A stretch of 64,000 bases of DNA from Narcine bancroftii (taxonomy: Eukaryota), in contig NC_091470.1 of assembly GCF_036971445.1 (NCBI RefSeq), forward strand, positions 189,782,001 to 189,846,000, in the 5' to 3' direction. The translations under genes and the position numbers were made by a program. The notes below the pieces were generated by a model. The model ran no database searches. It worked only from the letters and a program-made list of their open reading frames with translations, and was not told the origin of the DNA. Position 1 is the stretch's first letter. Every line of letters begins with the position of its first letter. Shown here in pieces: positions 48,000 to 61,920 of the stretch.

Positions 48000-48520
48000 C
48001 AGCAGAAATATCTTGTGAATATCACCACATAAGGAGTATCCAACAGATGGATGGGTGACCAGCAGGAGAGGCAGGGTGTGTAAGCAGACAGTGTAAGGTT
48101 CTGCTGGAGCTATTCCCCTCACTTTGGGTACTGATTGGGGGAAGGCCTTTCAGAGGCGAGCAGCAGAGGCATTTGAGTTAGTGGCAGGTAAGGGTGTGGG
48201 CGGGGAGATGGTGGCAGGAGAGACGATGGTGAGGGCGCTGGCAGGAGATCCACCGGGTCTGGGGAATAGAGGCCATGCCTGGAGGACTTTCTCAATGGGG
48301 AGGGTGAACAGCCAGAGGTCGTTGTACACATTGGTACAAATGACATAGATAGCGGTCCTGCACAAAGAGTACAAGCAGCTGGGTAAGAGGTTGGGAAGCA
48401 GAACCCCAAGGGGAGTGATCTCGGGATTACTCCTGGCACTACGTGCTGGTGAGCTCAGAAAAAAGACAGGTCAGATGAATTGGTAGGGGCCAGGACCAGG
48501 TTTTCAGATCACCGGGATCT
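48000..48520 (+). mobile_element. Degraded CR1 ORF1 fragment
   Basis: GEGEQPEVVVHIGTND-like; ISGLL. Confidence 0.65.
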
Positions 48521-49492
48521 CGTTCTTCCCTCTTCCTTACTACCAAGCACCTGCCTGCTTTTTGCAGGAACATAGATCATCTTTGCACAACTATATTAGA
48601 CTTTCCCGAGTTGTGGTCACTCACTCTGAAGGTTTTGTCATCGTCGACAGTGGTTGAAGGGGGAAGCTTATGGAGAGGAGCATTTCACTCCCAGGGTGAT
48701 TGCGACTGGTTCAAAATCTGCTCCTCATTCGATGCATTCAAGTGGCATCACCCTGAGCTGTATGTTCCCAATCTACATCTATGTTTCCTGTTCCCACCCA
48801 CAGCACAGAATCGCTCCATTGTTGCTCCAAAGTTCACCTTGGCGGTCTTCTTGTTCACTCCAGATTTCAATCTGAGCACCCCTTATATCTGAACTGGTAC
48901 CCACCGCCTCCTGGTTGAAAAAGGTTGTCTCTCTGATCTCCTTAAAATCTTTTCCCTCTCTCCTTAAATCGGTTGGATGTTGAACATTGAGTACAGCATG
49001 AGAAACAAGAGCAGCTGTCCCGTCAAGCCTGTTCCACTATTCAATATGAATGTGGCTAATCTCAGCTCCACCTACTTGCCATTTCCCTATCATCCTCAAA
49101 TCCCCAACTGTGCAAAATTCGATCTCTCTGTGTCTTACCCAGGCAGCCTCTACTCATTCCTTGGGCAGAAAGTTCCACAGATTCACTACTCTCCCAGAAA
49201 AGCAGTTTCTCGTCCTCCCTTGTCCAAAATCCGTTCCCCTGAATCTGGAGTAAATGCACATAAATTGCTGGAGAAACTCACCAGATCACACATCGTCAAT
49301 GGGATGTAAAGATATCAGACCAGGATTGCCTTTGTATAAAGGTCCAGAGCGGGCAGAATTCTGGAACTTGGTATCCAGGAGGAGGAAGAAAGTTGAAGGT
49401 GGAAAAGGGAGTGTGCAGTGGGGGTAGAGAATCCTAGTGGAAGAGGTCGACAGGGAGACGGAGCCGACTGGAGATCTTGGCATCATGGCATA

Positions 49493-49785
49493 CGTTACGT
49501 CAAACCAGCAAGCACAAAGAAGGCATATTACACAGGGGTAAAGATGAACGATTACTTTATTAACAAAAAATTCACCAAACTTTAATTCAAAATCCCCCCT
49601 TTTATAACAATGCCCATTGGTTACCATGTAAATCTCTATAACAGTGTAAAACTAATAAATTCCCCAGCCTAAATATAACATATGTAATTAAAGTCTAAGT
49701 TATATTTCCAACCAGGCCACAGAAAAACTTAGACACAAGACTCACAAAACTTCGATCTCAACCGAAGCACTGAAGCCAAAAGATC

Positions 49786-49841
<56 letters not shown>

Positions 49842-50181
49842 GGGAGGTTGTCTTGTGTTGCTGCAGAGAGAGGAACCACGGGCTTGGTCCAGATCCTTCT
49901 GGCTGCCTTCGGAATGTTCATCCCTTTTAAAATGCCCAACATTCTAAACTGTCCTCCAGACCATGACTCATGCTCTGGGCCTCCTTCCGCTCCACATCAC
50001 CACCCAGTGGTGGTTTATCGTCCAAGTCCAGAAATTTTTAGATCATTTTCTGCACATGCTCAGTCCATCTCCCACTCCTTCAGCAGTCCACCTTCACCTT
50101 GGCTCTTAAAGGCAAACTGTCACTTTCCAACACAAAACCACATGACACATAGGTCAATACACAACACAGAACCCTGTAACA
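49493..50181. mobile_element. Solo LTR (~690 bp) containing a (GA)n tract
   Basis: (C/T)GTTAC...GTAACA inverted termini; TSD CATA/CATG. Confidence 0.7.
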
Positions 50182-50309
50182 CATGTACGGAACTCATAGT
50201 GAGGGCTCGGGCCCAAACCTTTGCTGATGTATCTTTACCTCTCACGGATTCTGGGTTCTGCCAGCATTTTTGTGTATTTACTACAATCTGTCAGACCTTC
50301 TTGTTTCAC

Positions 50310-51160
50310 ACTGTATCCTGAGGCAACATCTCCTCTTTCTAATCTCTCAACCCCGTGAAACAACTTTCCTGAATATATGTTGTCTGTTCCTCTCATAATT
50401 TATATGTTTTTTTAAATCTTAATGATGATGTTTACTCTCAGTCTCCTAGTTTCAAGTAACTTCATCTCTCCTTGCAGGCTCAACCCCGTATCTCTGGATG
50501 AACATCAAGTCCAAAACCATTCATTCTCAAGGAAGGAGACCAGAACTGCCTACAGAACTCCAGATGCAATGCCACCTGTAGAGTTGCCGAAGAATCTCCC
50601 TGCTCTTAAATTCAATCCCTCTGCCAATGAAGGCCAACATCCCATTTTATTTCCTGATGACCTTCAAACCAACCTTTGGCAATTCATACTCAAGCCCTCT
50701 CAGGTCCCTTTGCACAGCAATGTGCTGCAATCTTTCACCATTTAAATAATAATCAGGTCTGCTCATTTTTTCCTTCCAAAGTGGATGGCCTCACATTGAC
50801 CAACTCCATCTGCCAGAACCTTTCCCCCTCACTTAACCTATCAATACCCCTCTTCAGACTCTCCACATCCTCCGCAAAATTGGCCTTTCCACTCAGTTTA
50901 GTGGCATTCGCAAATGTGGATACACTGCGCTTTCTTGCTCCTTCCAAATTGTTGATGTATACCGTGAAAATTTGTGGTCCAACACCAACCCCTTGACACT
51001 CTGCTCACTACTGATTGCCAACCACATTACCCCCAACTCTCGGCTTTCTATTGGTTACCCAGTCCTCGCTCCATGCTAATATATGACCTCCCCATGCATC
51101 CTTATCTTACAGATAAATCTTTTATACGGCACCTTAACAAACACCTTCTGGAGATCCAAT
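50310..51160 (-). mobile_element. CR1 RT/3' fragment
   Basis: VSTFANATKLSG...LKRGIDRLSE..RFWQM. Confidence 0.75.
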
Positions 51161-52009
51161 TTCATTGTGTTCAGCTGGGTTGATGATACAACATTCTTAG
51201 AGTTGGAGACTTTATCTGTGAAGCTTTATTTCATGATATCTTAGACCAGGACTGGAGCTCTAAAGAGTAACAATATTGCTTCGATATTTATAATGTTAAA
51301 GTAAACAACTATTCCAGAACACTGTGGCGATACAACCACTCCACTGGCCACACTCCTACCAGACTACTGCAGGGGGAAACCACTGTACCTGCAGGTAGGC
51401 AACCTGGGAGGCTGACCCCATCTGCCCACTGTCATTCACCAGCCCATATAAAGACTTGACTGGCCCCTTTGGGAGCAGTTAGGCATGTGGAGTCAGGAGG
51501 GTACAGAGACCTGGTGTGTACAGGTTAAAGCTGATTTAAGCTGTTTGTACAGTCTGTGGACTTTGTGTCTGAATTCTTCGCACAGCAGTGGAAAGATGAG
51601 AGAGTTCTGAAGGGAGCAATCCCTATAAAGGTGCAGAACTGAGGAAAGGAGAAGATATACTTGGTTGTGAAATCACTTTATGGTTGACAGAAATTATGCT
51701 GAATGTGGTGGCTGGTGGGATGGTGCATGAGGACAATGGGAATCCTGTCGGTGTTGGGTCCGGGACAGAATGGGTTGGGACATGTGTGGGAAATAGAAGG
51801 GATGCAGTTGAGGGCTGTAGATGGGAAGCCACATTTTTTGAAGGAAGCTATTTTTGATCTTCTGGAATGGAGGGCCTCATCCAGGTAGCAGATGTGATGA
51901 GTTCAGAGGAATTGAGGGAGATGAAGTGAATCCTTATGAGGGATTGTGTGTGAACATATCTGTGAGATATCTATGGAAGATAGTGCTTTTCATAAAATAT
52001 CTAGATCAC

Positions 52010-54655
52010 AAGAAAAAGGAACAAAAGCAGGCCATTTGGTCCATCGAATCTGTTCTGTGAAACCTCCCTGAGCTAAACTGTTTTTGCATCTAGTTCCAAG
52101 TATCAGTCTTGTCCCCATATCCCATGATACCCTGACTAATTAGATAACTAACAATTTCCTCTCCAAAGATCCTGCCTCCACAGCTGCATGTGGCAACAAA
52201 TTCCATAAATCTACTACCTTCTGGCTAAAGAAATTTCTCCTCAGCTCTGTTGTAAATTGGTACTTTTTAATTCTAAGACTGTGCCCTCTTGTCCTGGAAT
52301 CACCCAACAGGGGAAGCGTCTAATTTACATCCACTCTGTCCAATCCAGTCATTATTTGAAATGTTTCTAGGAGATCCCCTCTCATTCTTCTATATTCTAA
52401 TGAATAGAGTCCAAGAGCCGCTAAGTTTTCCTCATATGTTAGCCATCTCATTCCTGGAATCATTCTGGTAAACTTCCTCTGTACCCTCTCCAACCTTGTT
52501 ATTTCCTTTCTAAGATATGAGGCCCAAAACAGCACACACTTACTCCAAATGAGGTATCACCAGTGTCCCATAGAGTCTCATCAACACCTCTTTATTCTTA
52601 TACACAATCCCCTTTGAAACAAATGCCAACATAGCATTTGCCGCCTTCACCACCGATCCAACCTGACAGTCAACTTTCAGGATATCCTGCACGAGGACAC
52701 CTCCATCCAAATAATAATCTGACCATTTATTTCCTCAACCAAAATGCACAACCGTACATTTCTCAACAATATATCGCATATGCCATTTCTTCACCCATTC
52801 TCCTAAGCTGTCCAAGTCTCTCTGCAAGCTTTCGATTTCTTCTACACTTTGTACTCTACCACCTATCTTGGTGTCATCTGCAAACTTTGCCATGAAACCA
52901 TTTAATCCACAATCTAAATGATCAATATATATTGTAAAAAGAATCAGCCCCAACACCAACTCTTGTGGACACCACTAGTAACCGGCAACCAACCAGAACA
53001 GCATCTCTTTATTCTCACCCTTTGTTTTCTGCCTATCAACCAATGCTCTATCTGAATCTATTATTTTTCCAGTAATTCCATGTGCTCTCATCTCACTAAG
53101 CAGCCTTTTATGCGGCACCTTATCGAAGGCCTTTTGAAAATCCAAATACACAACATCCACAGCCTCTCCCCTGTCCATCCTACTTGAAAATTCCTCAAAA
53201 ATGCCAATAGGTTGGTCAGGCAGGATCTTCCCTTCATTAAACCATGGTGGCCTGCACTTCAAGGTATTTCATAACCTCGTCTTTGAGGATCGAGTCCAAT
53301 ATCTTTCCAACTACTGAAGTCGGATTAGTAGGCCCATAATTTCCTTTTTTCTGCCTCCCTCCTTTCTTAAATAGCAGAACTACATTTGCGACCTTCCAAT
53401 CCTCCGGAACCATGCCAGAATCTATTGATTTCGGGAAAAACAATTCCAATGCCTTCACAATCTCCAAGGCCGCCTCCTTCAGAACCCATGGGTGTACCTC
53501 ATCCAGTCCCAGAGACTTATCTACTTTTAGACCATTCAGCTTACTCTTGTAATCCTGACAGTACTTAATTCTATTCCCAGAGACCTTTGAGTGTCAGGTA
53601 TATTCCTTCTGTCTTCCACAGTGAAAACCGGCACAAAATATCAATTTAGTCCCTCTGCCATCTCCTTGTTACCCATTATAATTTCTCCAGCTTCATTTTC
53701 AATTGGTCCTATATCTACCCTTGCCTCTCTTTAACTTTTTATATATTTGAAGAAACTCTTAGTATCCTTTTGTATATTATTTGCCAATTTCCTTTCATAA
53801 TTCATCTTTTCTTTCCTAATGACTTTCTTTGTTTCTCTCAGTAAATTTTTAAAAATTTCCCAGTCCTCTGTTTTTCCAATATTTCTTTCTCCCCTGTCTG
53901 CCCTCCCTTTTGCTTTTGTTTTAGCTCTTGTTAGCCACACCTGTGGCATTTCACCATTCATACTTTTTTCATTTCCTTGGAATATATCTATCCTGTGCTT
54001 TCTTTATTTCTTGTAGAAATATCAACCCATTCTGTCCTGCTGTTCCCCCGCACCCCCCCCCCCCCCCATCCAGCTTACTTTTCCAGTCAACATGGGCCAG
54101 TTCCTCTCTCATCCCACTATAATTCCCTTTATTCCACTGAAATAGTGACAGGCCTGATATCATTTTTCCCCTTTCACATTGGAAGCTGAACTCCATCATG
54201 TTGTAATCACTACTCCCTAAGGGCTCCACAACCTTTAAATCCCGAATCACCTCCAGTTCATTACACATCGCCCAATCCAAAACCGCCGATCCACTGGTAG
54301 GCTGTTCCAAAAAAACATCCTTTAGGCATCCTTCTCCGGGGATCCTGTACTTTCCTGACATTTCAAATCCCCTTTCATATTAAAATCTCCCATAATTATC
54401 TTGACATTCTCCTTCTGACTTGCTCTTTATATTTCCCAGCTGCATCTTGCATTCCACCTCCCAGCTGGTGTTTGAGGGACTGTATATTACGGCTGGTAAG
54501 GTCTTTTCTTTTACCCTTGCCATTTCTTATTTCAACCCATAAAGATTCCACAATTTCTGTCCCTCTGTCCCTTCTTTCAAGTGATTTAATGGCACTGTTT
54601 ACCATCAGGGCCACGCCACCCCCTCTACCTACCTGCCTACCTTTCCTATGCATGG
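52010..54655 (-). mobile_element. CR1 LINE ORF2 (EN to RT to 3' end), frameshifted
   Basis: RGGGVAL..; VPEDWKVANV; VDVVYLDFQKAFDKVPH; KFADDTKIGG; LERVQRKFTRMIPG. Confidence 0.93.
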
Positions 54656-55250
54656 TGGAGTCAGAGAGATCGAAAGAGTGAAGGTTGTCGCCAGAGATGG
54701 ACCAAGTGATCTGAGGTCAGGGTGAAAGCTAGCAGCAAAAGTGCATAAACATGAGGAGCTCATCATGGGTGCGGGAAGGAGCAGCAACGTAGTTGTCAAT
54801 ATAGCGGAGGAAGAGTTATGAGCCTTGCCTGAGGAGGCATGTATCATGGATCGCTCCACATAGCAACAAAAAGGCAGGCACATCTGGAACTTTGGTGAGG
54901 ACCGAGTGGATGTAGGTCAGGGAAGGGGATTTTTTTTTGGATGATCTCGCATGGCAGAGCCCCTCCTGTGAGCAGATGCCACAGAAACGGAGAAACTGTA
55001 GGAAAGGAATGAAATCCTTTCAGGTAGCAGGGTGGAAAGAAGGTCGCTGTGGGTGTTGGCATTGGGGAGGAGCGGGGAGTCAGTGATTGGGGCAGTTTGG
55101 TGACTGAGCGTGGAGTGAAGGGCTGGACATATCTGTGCGTCTTGAAGGATTTCTGCACAAAATGTTACAGAGCAACGGTGAATATTTTCCTAATGGGAGT
55201 TTCCTGGGCTGCAACTCTCATGAAGGGGCGTCTGACAACTGGATACGAGG
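54655..55250 (-). mobile_element. Penelope-like RT fragments
   Basis: ACLF..YVERSM; RYIDN; FHPDL. Confidence 0.65.
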
Positions 55251-56529
55251 AAAAGAGGTTGTGTGTCTGCCTCAGTTGTAACACACTCGTTCACCTGGCC
55301 TCTCCCACTCACCGCCCGATTCTGTTATAAAAACACTCGGTTCGTTCACAGAAACATAAAGCGAAAACTGCAGATTTTGGAAAGAGAATCTACATGTAAA
55401 AGCTGAAACAGGGAATGAAGCAGCGTCAGTTGGGGAGACAAAGATTTCATCTTTCAGGTCCAGACTGGGTTTTTAGCCAAACCTCTCCCATCTTAAACAT
55501 CCTCTCAGCCCTCGCGATGTTGCATAACCACGAACGTTCAGTGAACACATTTCTACTTGTGCTTGTGGGCTGGAGAGATTGCCTGTGTTTTTGCTAAACT
55601 TTCCCTGTCCGAACACGGGAGGGAGATTTCTCCCCCAAATAAATTTTACTCCAAAATAAATGATTTACTCATAAGGAAACCATTCTAGGTCTCTTCGCAG
55701 CCTTTGTGCCATGTCACAGGCTAGTTCCCTGCTGAACATCATGGGTCAGTGACCTCCCGGCAGATTCACACCATCAACTATCACCTGCCCCTTCTGTAGA
55801 CAACACCATCCCAAATCAACGATACAAAGTTTCCACGGATCCCATGCCTTGTGACTTTCGGGATGACATGGAGAACCTTGACATGCCCCTTATTTAAATC
55901 CATCTGCATCTTCTGGAAAAACTTCCGCTCTGACAAAGTGGGGTTGGCTGTCCCTAAAACGGCGATTCTTCTCCCAATGCTTGAAATCCTGTCCGTAAGA
56001 ATCCGCTCCAATATTCAGACCACGGATTATTCTGACTCTCTGATCTAAAATTCCCAGGATTCTGAATATTACCTTCAATGAACATGGGAATTACAGCTGC
56101 CATTCTCCAATCCCCAGTTACCACCCCTGGAGTCATGGATGGGATCGTCAATGCCCCAGGAAGCCCCTTTCTGGCTTCCCGTAATAATTTAATTTTTCTC
56201 ACTGTATCAGGCCATTCAGCCCCATTCCTCCCAGGGGAAATCCACACAGAGACTGGGAGAACATGCACATTCCTTACAGACTGCCAGATTTAAACAGGGT
56301 TGCTGGCACCGTAATGACATTGTGCTAACCGTTATTTTAGGGTAACGGCCTAATAATCTGGGATATATCCCATCCAGCCCTGGGGACTTGGTTCCCACAT
56401 TGGTTACTAGGATAACATATCCATCCTGTTGACCCAGCGTACAGACGTAAGCCAGTTCGCAGGGAGACCAGTAGTGGCCGGGAGCAGCCCTTTAGGTCTG
56501 CTTTGAAACCGCAGACTGGAGATGTTTCA

Positions 56530-58395
56530 GGGAGGCGGCCACTTGCAATGGTCATGTAAACAAGAGGAATACACCAAGCTCAGTGACTGGCTACATCAGA
56601 AGTGCATTGAGGGTGTCACCAAGATCAAATGCTTCACAACCAGAGCTAACCAGGAACCATGGTTGAACACAGGTCTGAGCACTTCTCAGAGCTCATGATT
56701 CTGCCTTCAGGACAGAGTGTAGGATGGCACTGAGATCATCCAGGGCTGAACTGTCCATGCAATCCGGAAGGCAAAGCAGGGGTATGCACAGAGAATCCAC
56801 TGACTGCTGAAGGACACCAGCGACGAGGCGAATGTGACAAGGGATCAATGACATGAGTCAACTTGGAGATTTAAAGATAATTACACCTCCCTTCTGGACG
56901 GACTAAACATCTCCTATGGATGGCTTGATGAGAAGAACGGGTTGACAATGAAGAAAGCTCCATGTCCCTCTGATGAACGGGCCCCCTGCATAGCCATGAC
57001 CATGGTGAGGAGAACCCTATCTAAGGTGAAGCCACACAAGGTGGAGGAAGCAGACAGCCTTGTGGTCTGATACTGAAAGACAGCACAGACCAATTGACAG
57101 AGGTCTTGACAGACATCTTCAACACCTCACTGAAGCAGTACATCATTCCTACAGGGTTCAGGACAGCTAGCAACATCACGGTACTAAATGGGGTGACAAT
57201 AATAGGCCTCAAAGACTACTGCCCTGTGTCACTGACCTCCGCCATTATGAAATGCTTGGAGCATTTGCTGATACACAGAGATGCTGGGCCCATTTCAATT
57301 TGCATGAAGAATAGACCATTCCACAGCCGATGATATAGCCTGTCCCTTCACTCCACACTGACTCACCTGGAGAACAAAACCTCATATGCCAGTCTGCTGT
57401 TCATCGACTTTGGTTCAACATTTAAAACGGTCAATCCCCAGAGGCTGTCTCTGCTGGGACTCAACACCACTCTCTGTACCTGGATTCCTAACGGAAAGAC
57501 CACAGTCTGTCCAGGTCAGTAGCAGAGCACCCAACACCTGAGCATCTCAGGGCTGTGTGCTCAGCCTGCTTCTGTTCATGCTACTGACCCAAGGCTGCGT
57601 CGCCAGACCCAGCTTCAAAGGTGTCATCAGGTTTGCAGATGACACAACAGCCGTCGGCCTCAGCAGCCAAAGGACGAGTCGCCCTACAGAGAAAATTTCA
57701 TGAAATGGTGTGAGAGTAACGACCGGAGTCTCACCATGAAGGAGATGATCGTGGACTTCAAAAGGAAAAGTTATGACCAACCTATAATACCCACCAACAA
57801 CTCTGTAGTGGAGAGTACCAAGTTCTTTGGAGTTCACTTAACTGGTGAGGTATTGGACACATAACATCTCATCACTTCTCAGGAAGGCACAACAACGACT
57901 GCATCAAGAGCATCCTGGCCGGCTGCAACACAGCTTGTTACCTTTGCCATAGAGAAATGGATCGGAGGTCAATCCTCAGAGTAAAAGAGAGAATCATTGC
58001 TATCTCCCTCACCCCCCCCCCCCCACTGCCTGCCCCCCCCCCCCCCCATCAACGATATCTACTGGGAGCGTCGTCTGAAGAGGGCACGCAAAATCATTGC
58101 GAACCCCTTCCACCTTGCACACGTCGGGGAAGAGATCCAGGAGGATCAGAGCCTGCGCCACCAGGCTGAGGAACAGCCACGGGCAGGGAGAACGACCAAA
58201 GGAACTGCTCACATTAAGCATCGGATCCTACTCATATTCACGAAACAATATTTATGGAAGTATTTGTACGTGACCCGCATGTTTATCTGTATTTGTGATA
58301 TGACTGGCTGTGTGTCTGCGTGTTTTGGACTGAGGACCGGTTTCATTGGGGTGTCCTTGTGTCATCGGATGACAATAGACTTGACTTGATTGATT
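56530..58395 (+). mobile_element. Rex1/Babar-type LINE, degraded
   Basis: DIFNTSL; DYCPVSLTSAIMKCLE; LLFIDF; QGCVLS.LLF; FADDT; GACTT tail. Confidence 0.85.
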
Positions 58396-59676
58396 TGACA
58401 ATCTTTTGAATATTGTTCAGAAGCTCGAACACAACCCCAGGACATATGCACCCGTACATTTGCAAGTTCTTCAATGACCTCATATTCATCAAGGTCCCTC
58501 TCTCTCTGGTGAATACGGAAGAAAAGTATTGAGTTTGGACCTCCCATACCTCCTCCACGACCAAGCACATATCTGTATATATCCCCGAGCGGTCCTATCC
58601 TCAATTCATCTCTTCAGGTGAATGTTGAACGCCTTGTGTTTGCCTTAAAATCACTTTCTCAAGTCCAGCTCTCCGCAGTCCCTCCTTAATGTCCTTCCAG
58701 GCTACATCGTATGTCTCCTAACTTGTGCCCGATTTTGCTTCCATAGTCGTATACATGCACGCTTCTTGTATTTGACTAGCCGTTCTACTTGTTTTATCAA
58801 CCATCGTTCCTTTAGCCTATCATCTTTTGGTATCTCAATGGGGTGAAATTGTCTGGAGCCTCGTCGATGTGGTCCCTAAACATCATTCAGGTTTCTGCTC
58901 TGCAGTTTCCAGAGGACAGCGCCCTTTCCAAATTTGCACTCGAGTCGAAAAGCGTGGAAATGGACCCTTCGCTCCAAAAATCGCACGGCGACTAAACTGT
59001 CTCACCATCGCCCATTCCCCCCCTGCCTGTGTAAGGTTTGCATACTTCTCAATCCATTTATGTTCTTGTAGAAACCACGTCCTCTGACAGCCTGTTACAA
59101 ACACCCACAACCCCCTGTGTAAAAAAATATTTGACCTCTGGTTCCTTTACAATCTCCCCCGACACCGCATCTGAAACCTATATCCTCCTCTAGTTACGGA
59201 TTCCCCTTACATTGGCCACAGAATGTTCACCCAAGCTGTGATAGCTCCATTTTGTTTTCAAGTAGATATTCCTGCCTCATACCATCGCAATTAGTCCTTC
59301 ACCATTTAAGCTCTTCCCATTTCCTCCGCACCAATCCCTGTCCATAGCTATCCAAAAAGTCACAGAGTTGAGGTTACTATCTCCGAAATCTTCGCCCACC
59401 GAGAGTCTGTCACCTTCCCAAGTTCATTGCCCAGTATTTCATGCAGTATGACCTCTCCACTCATCGGTCTGTCCACATACTGTACCAGCAACACTCCATG
59501 AGGACCAGTAATATGTACTGCTCCATCTAAACTTTTTGAACCAAGAGTGTGATTTCTTTTCCCCCCAATCTTTAATTAATTATATTATAGGCAAATAATA
59601 CATGAGGAGAATAAAATACATCATCAAAAAGGGAAAATATCACTAAATGATATCATATGATATAACAATTTGCATT

Positions 59677-60851
59677 CTTTCTTTGGCTTGGCTTCGCGGA
59701 CGAAGATTTATGGAGGGGGTAAAAGTCCACATCAGCTGCAGGTTCGTTTGTGGCTGACAAGTCCGATGCGGGACAGGCAGACACGGTTGCAGCGGCTGCA
59801 GGGGAAAATTGGCTGGTTGGGGTTGGGTGTTGGGTTTTTCCTCCTTTGCCTTTTGTCAGTGAGATGGGCTCTGCGGTCTTCTTCAAAGGAGGTTGCTGCC
59901 CGCCAAACTGTGAGGCGCCAAGATGCACGGTTTGAGGCGATATCAGTCCACTGGCGGTGGTCAATGTGGCAGGCACTAAGAGATTTCTTTAGGCAGTCCT
60001 TATACCTTTTCTTTGGTGCACCTCTGTCACGGTGGCCAGTGAAGAGCTCGCCATATAACACGATCTTGGGAAGGCGATGGTCCTCCATTCTGGAGACGTG
60101 ACCCACCCAGCGCAGCTGGATCTTCAGCAGCGTGGACTCGATGCTGTCGACCTCTGCCATCTCGAGTACTTCGACGTTAGGGATGAAAGCGCTCCAATGG
60201 ATGTTGAGGATGGAGTGGAGACAACGCTGGTGGAAGCGTTCTAGGAGCCGTAGGTGATGCCGGTAGAGGACCCATGATTCAGAGCCGAACAGGAGTGTGG
60301 GTATGACAACGGCTCTGTATAGCTTATCTTTGTGAGGTTTTTCAGTTGGTTGTTTTTCCAGACTCTTTTGTGTAGTCTTCCAAAGGCGCTATTTGCCTTG
60401 GCGAGTCCGTTGTCTATCTCATTGTCGATCCTTGCATCTGATGAAATGGTGCAGCCGAGATAGGTAAACTGGTTGACCGTTTTGAGTTTTGTGTGCCCGA
60501 TGGAGATGTGGGGTGGGGGGCGCGCTGGTAGTCATGGTGGGGAGCTGGCTGATGGAGGACCTCAGTTTTCTTCAGGCTGACTTCCAGGCCAAACATTTTG
60601 GCAGTTTCCGCAAAGCAGGACGTCAAGCGCTGAAGAGTTGGCTCTGAATGGGCAACTAAAGCAGCATCGTCTGCAAAGAGTAGTTCACGGACAAGTTTCT
60701 CTTTTGTCTTGGTGTGAGCTTGCAGGCGCCTCAGATTGAAGAGACTGCCATCCGAGCGGTACCGGATGTAAACAGCGTCTTCACTGTTGAGGTCTTTCAT
60801 GGCTTGGTTCAGCATCATGCTGAAGAAGATTGAAAAGAGGGTTGGTGCGAG
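59677..60851 (-). mobile_element. Young 5'-truncated RTE-clade LINE
   Basis: VLAPTLFSIFFS...LLFADDAALVAHS; LRWVGHVSRM..HRLPK..LYGEL; C-terminal CxxC...H zinc knuckle; (AAAG)n tail; TSD AACA(A/T)TTTGCATT. Confidence 0.93.
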
Positions 60852-60864
60852 AACATTTTGCATT

Positions 60865-61920
60865 ACAGCACAATTAACGAATCTGTTCTCATCTCCTCAA
60901 ACTGAAATCTTCAGAAGAATTTTTTTTAATATAAAACCTCACCTAATCCATAAAAAAAAGAAAACGACTGGCAGCCTATCCTGAGAATTTATTGATAAAA
61001 ATGCATTTATCGGGTCTTCACCAACAAGGAGAAAAGATTTAGTCCAGAAGGGAAAATATTTCTACTAACTAAGTCATGTGGAAATAATTTATAAAAGGTC
61101 GCCAAGTCTCTTCAAATTTAACAGACATATCAAATGTACGACCCCTAACTTTCTCTCAACTTAAACATGACGTAATTTGAGAGAGCCACCGAGTCAAAGT
61201 CGGTGGATTAGAATCTTTCCATTTAAATCAGATCGCTCTTCCAGCCGACAGTGCAGGAAAGGACACAGCCCGATGTGTGGAAGTGGGAACTCGTCCGACT
61301 TCTGGAAGTTTCATTTCAAAAAGAGCAGTCAACGTGTTAGGCTGAAAACTGATGTCCAGTATTGCTGACAAAGTCTTAAAAATATCTATCTCAACTTCTC
61401 CAATGCAGGACATGACCGAAACGTACGAGTTAGAGAAGCCACTTCTGATTTACATCTATCACAAATAGAACTAATGTTAGAAAAAAATACAGGCCAATTT
61501 GTCATTCTACTCATGAGCCCAATTAACCATTTTAAACTGAATCAAAGAATGACGAGCGCATAATGAAGAGGTATTAACCAATCCCAAAATCTTCTCCCAT
61601 GATTCCTCTGGAAAATGTAACTGAAGTTCCTTTCCCAGGCACTTTTAATTTTTTCATTAGAATTTGATTACAATCTTAAGAACTCATTATAAATGTTTCC
61701 TATTAAACCCTTATGAGATGGGTTTAATGAAAATAATTCGGTTGGTACAATGTTGGAAATTGGGCAGTGAAGTGTTCAGAATATGCAAATCAGCACGAAG
61801 GAAGCTGAAGTTACCCATGACAACAAACACTGATATTCTTGCATCTTTCCAAAATATGCCGACTTATCTTCTCTTCTATGGCCATGTGGACATTTGGCTG
61901 GCTATATTAGTATGGTCCCA
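60865..61920 (-). mobile_element. Old L1 ORF2 3' fragment (its tail at ~59560-59660 is separated by the RTE)
   Basis: SLPNFQ motif; C.RC motif; LIQFK; degraded. Confidence 0.6.
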
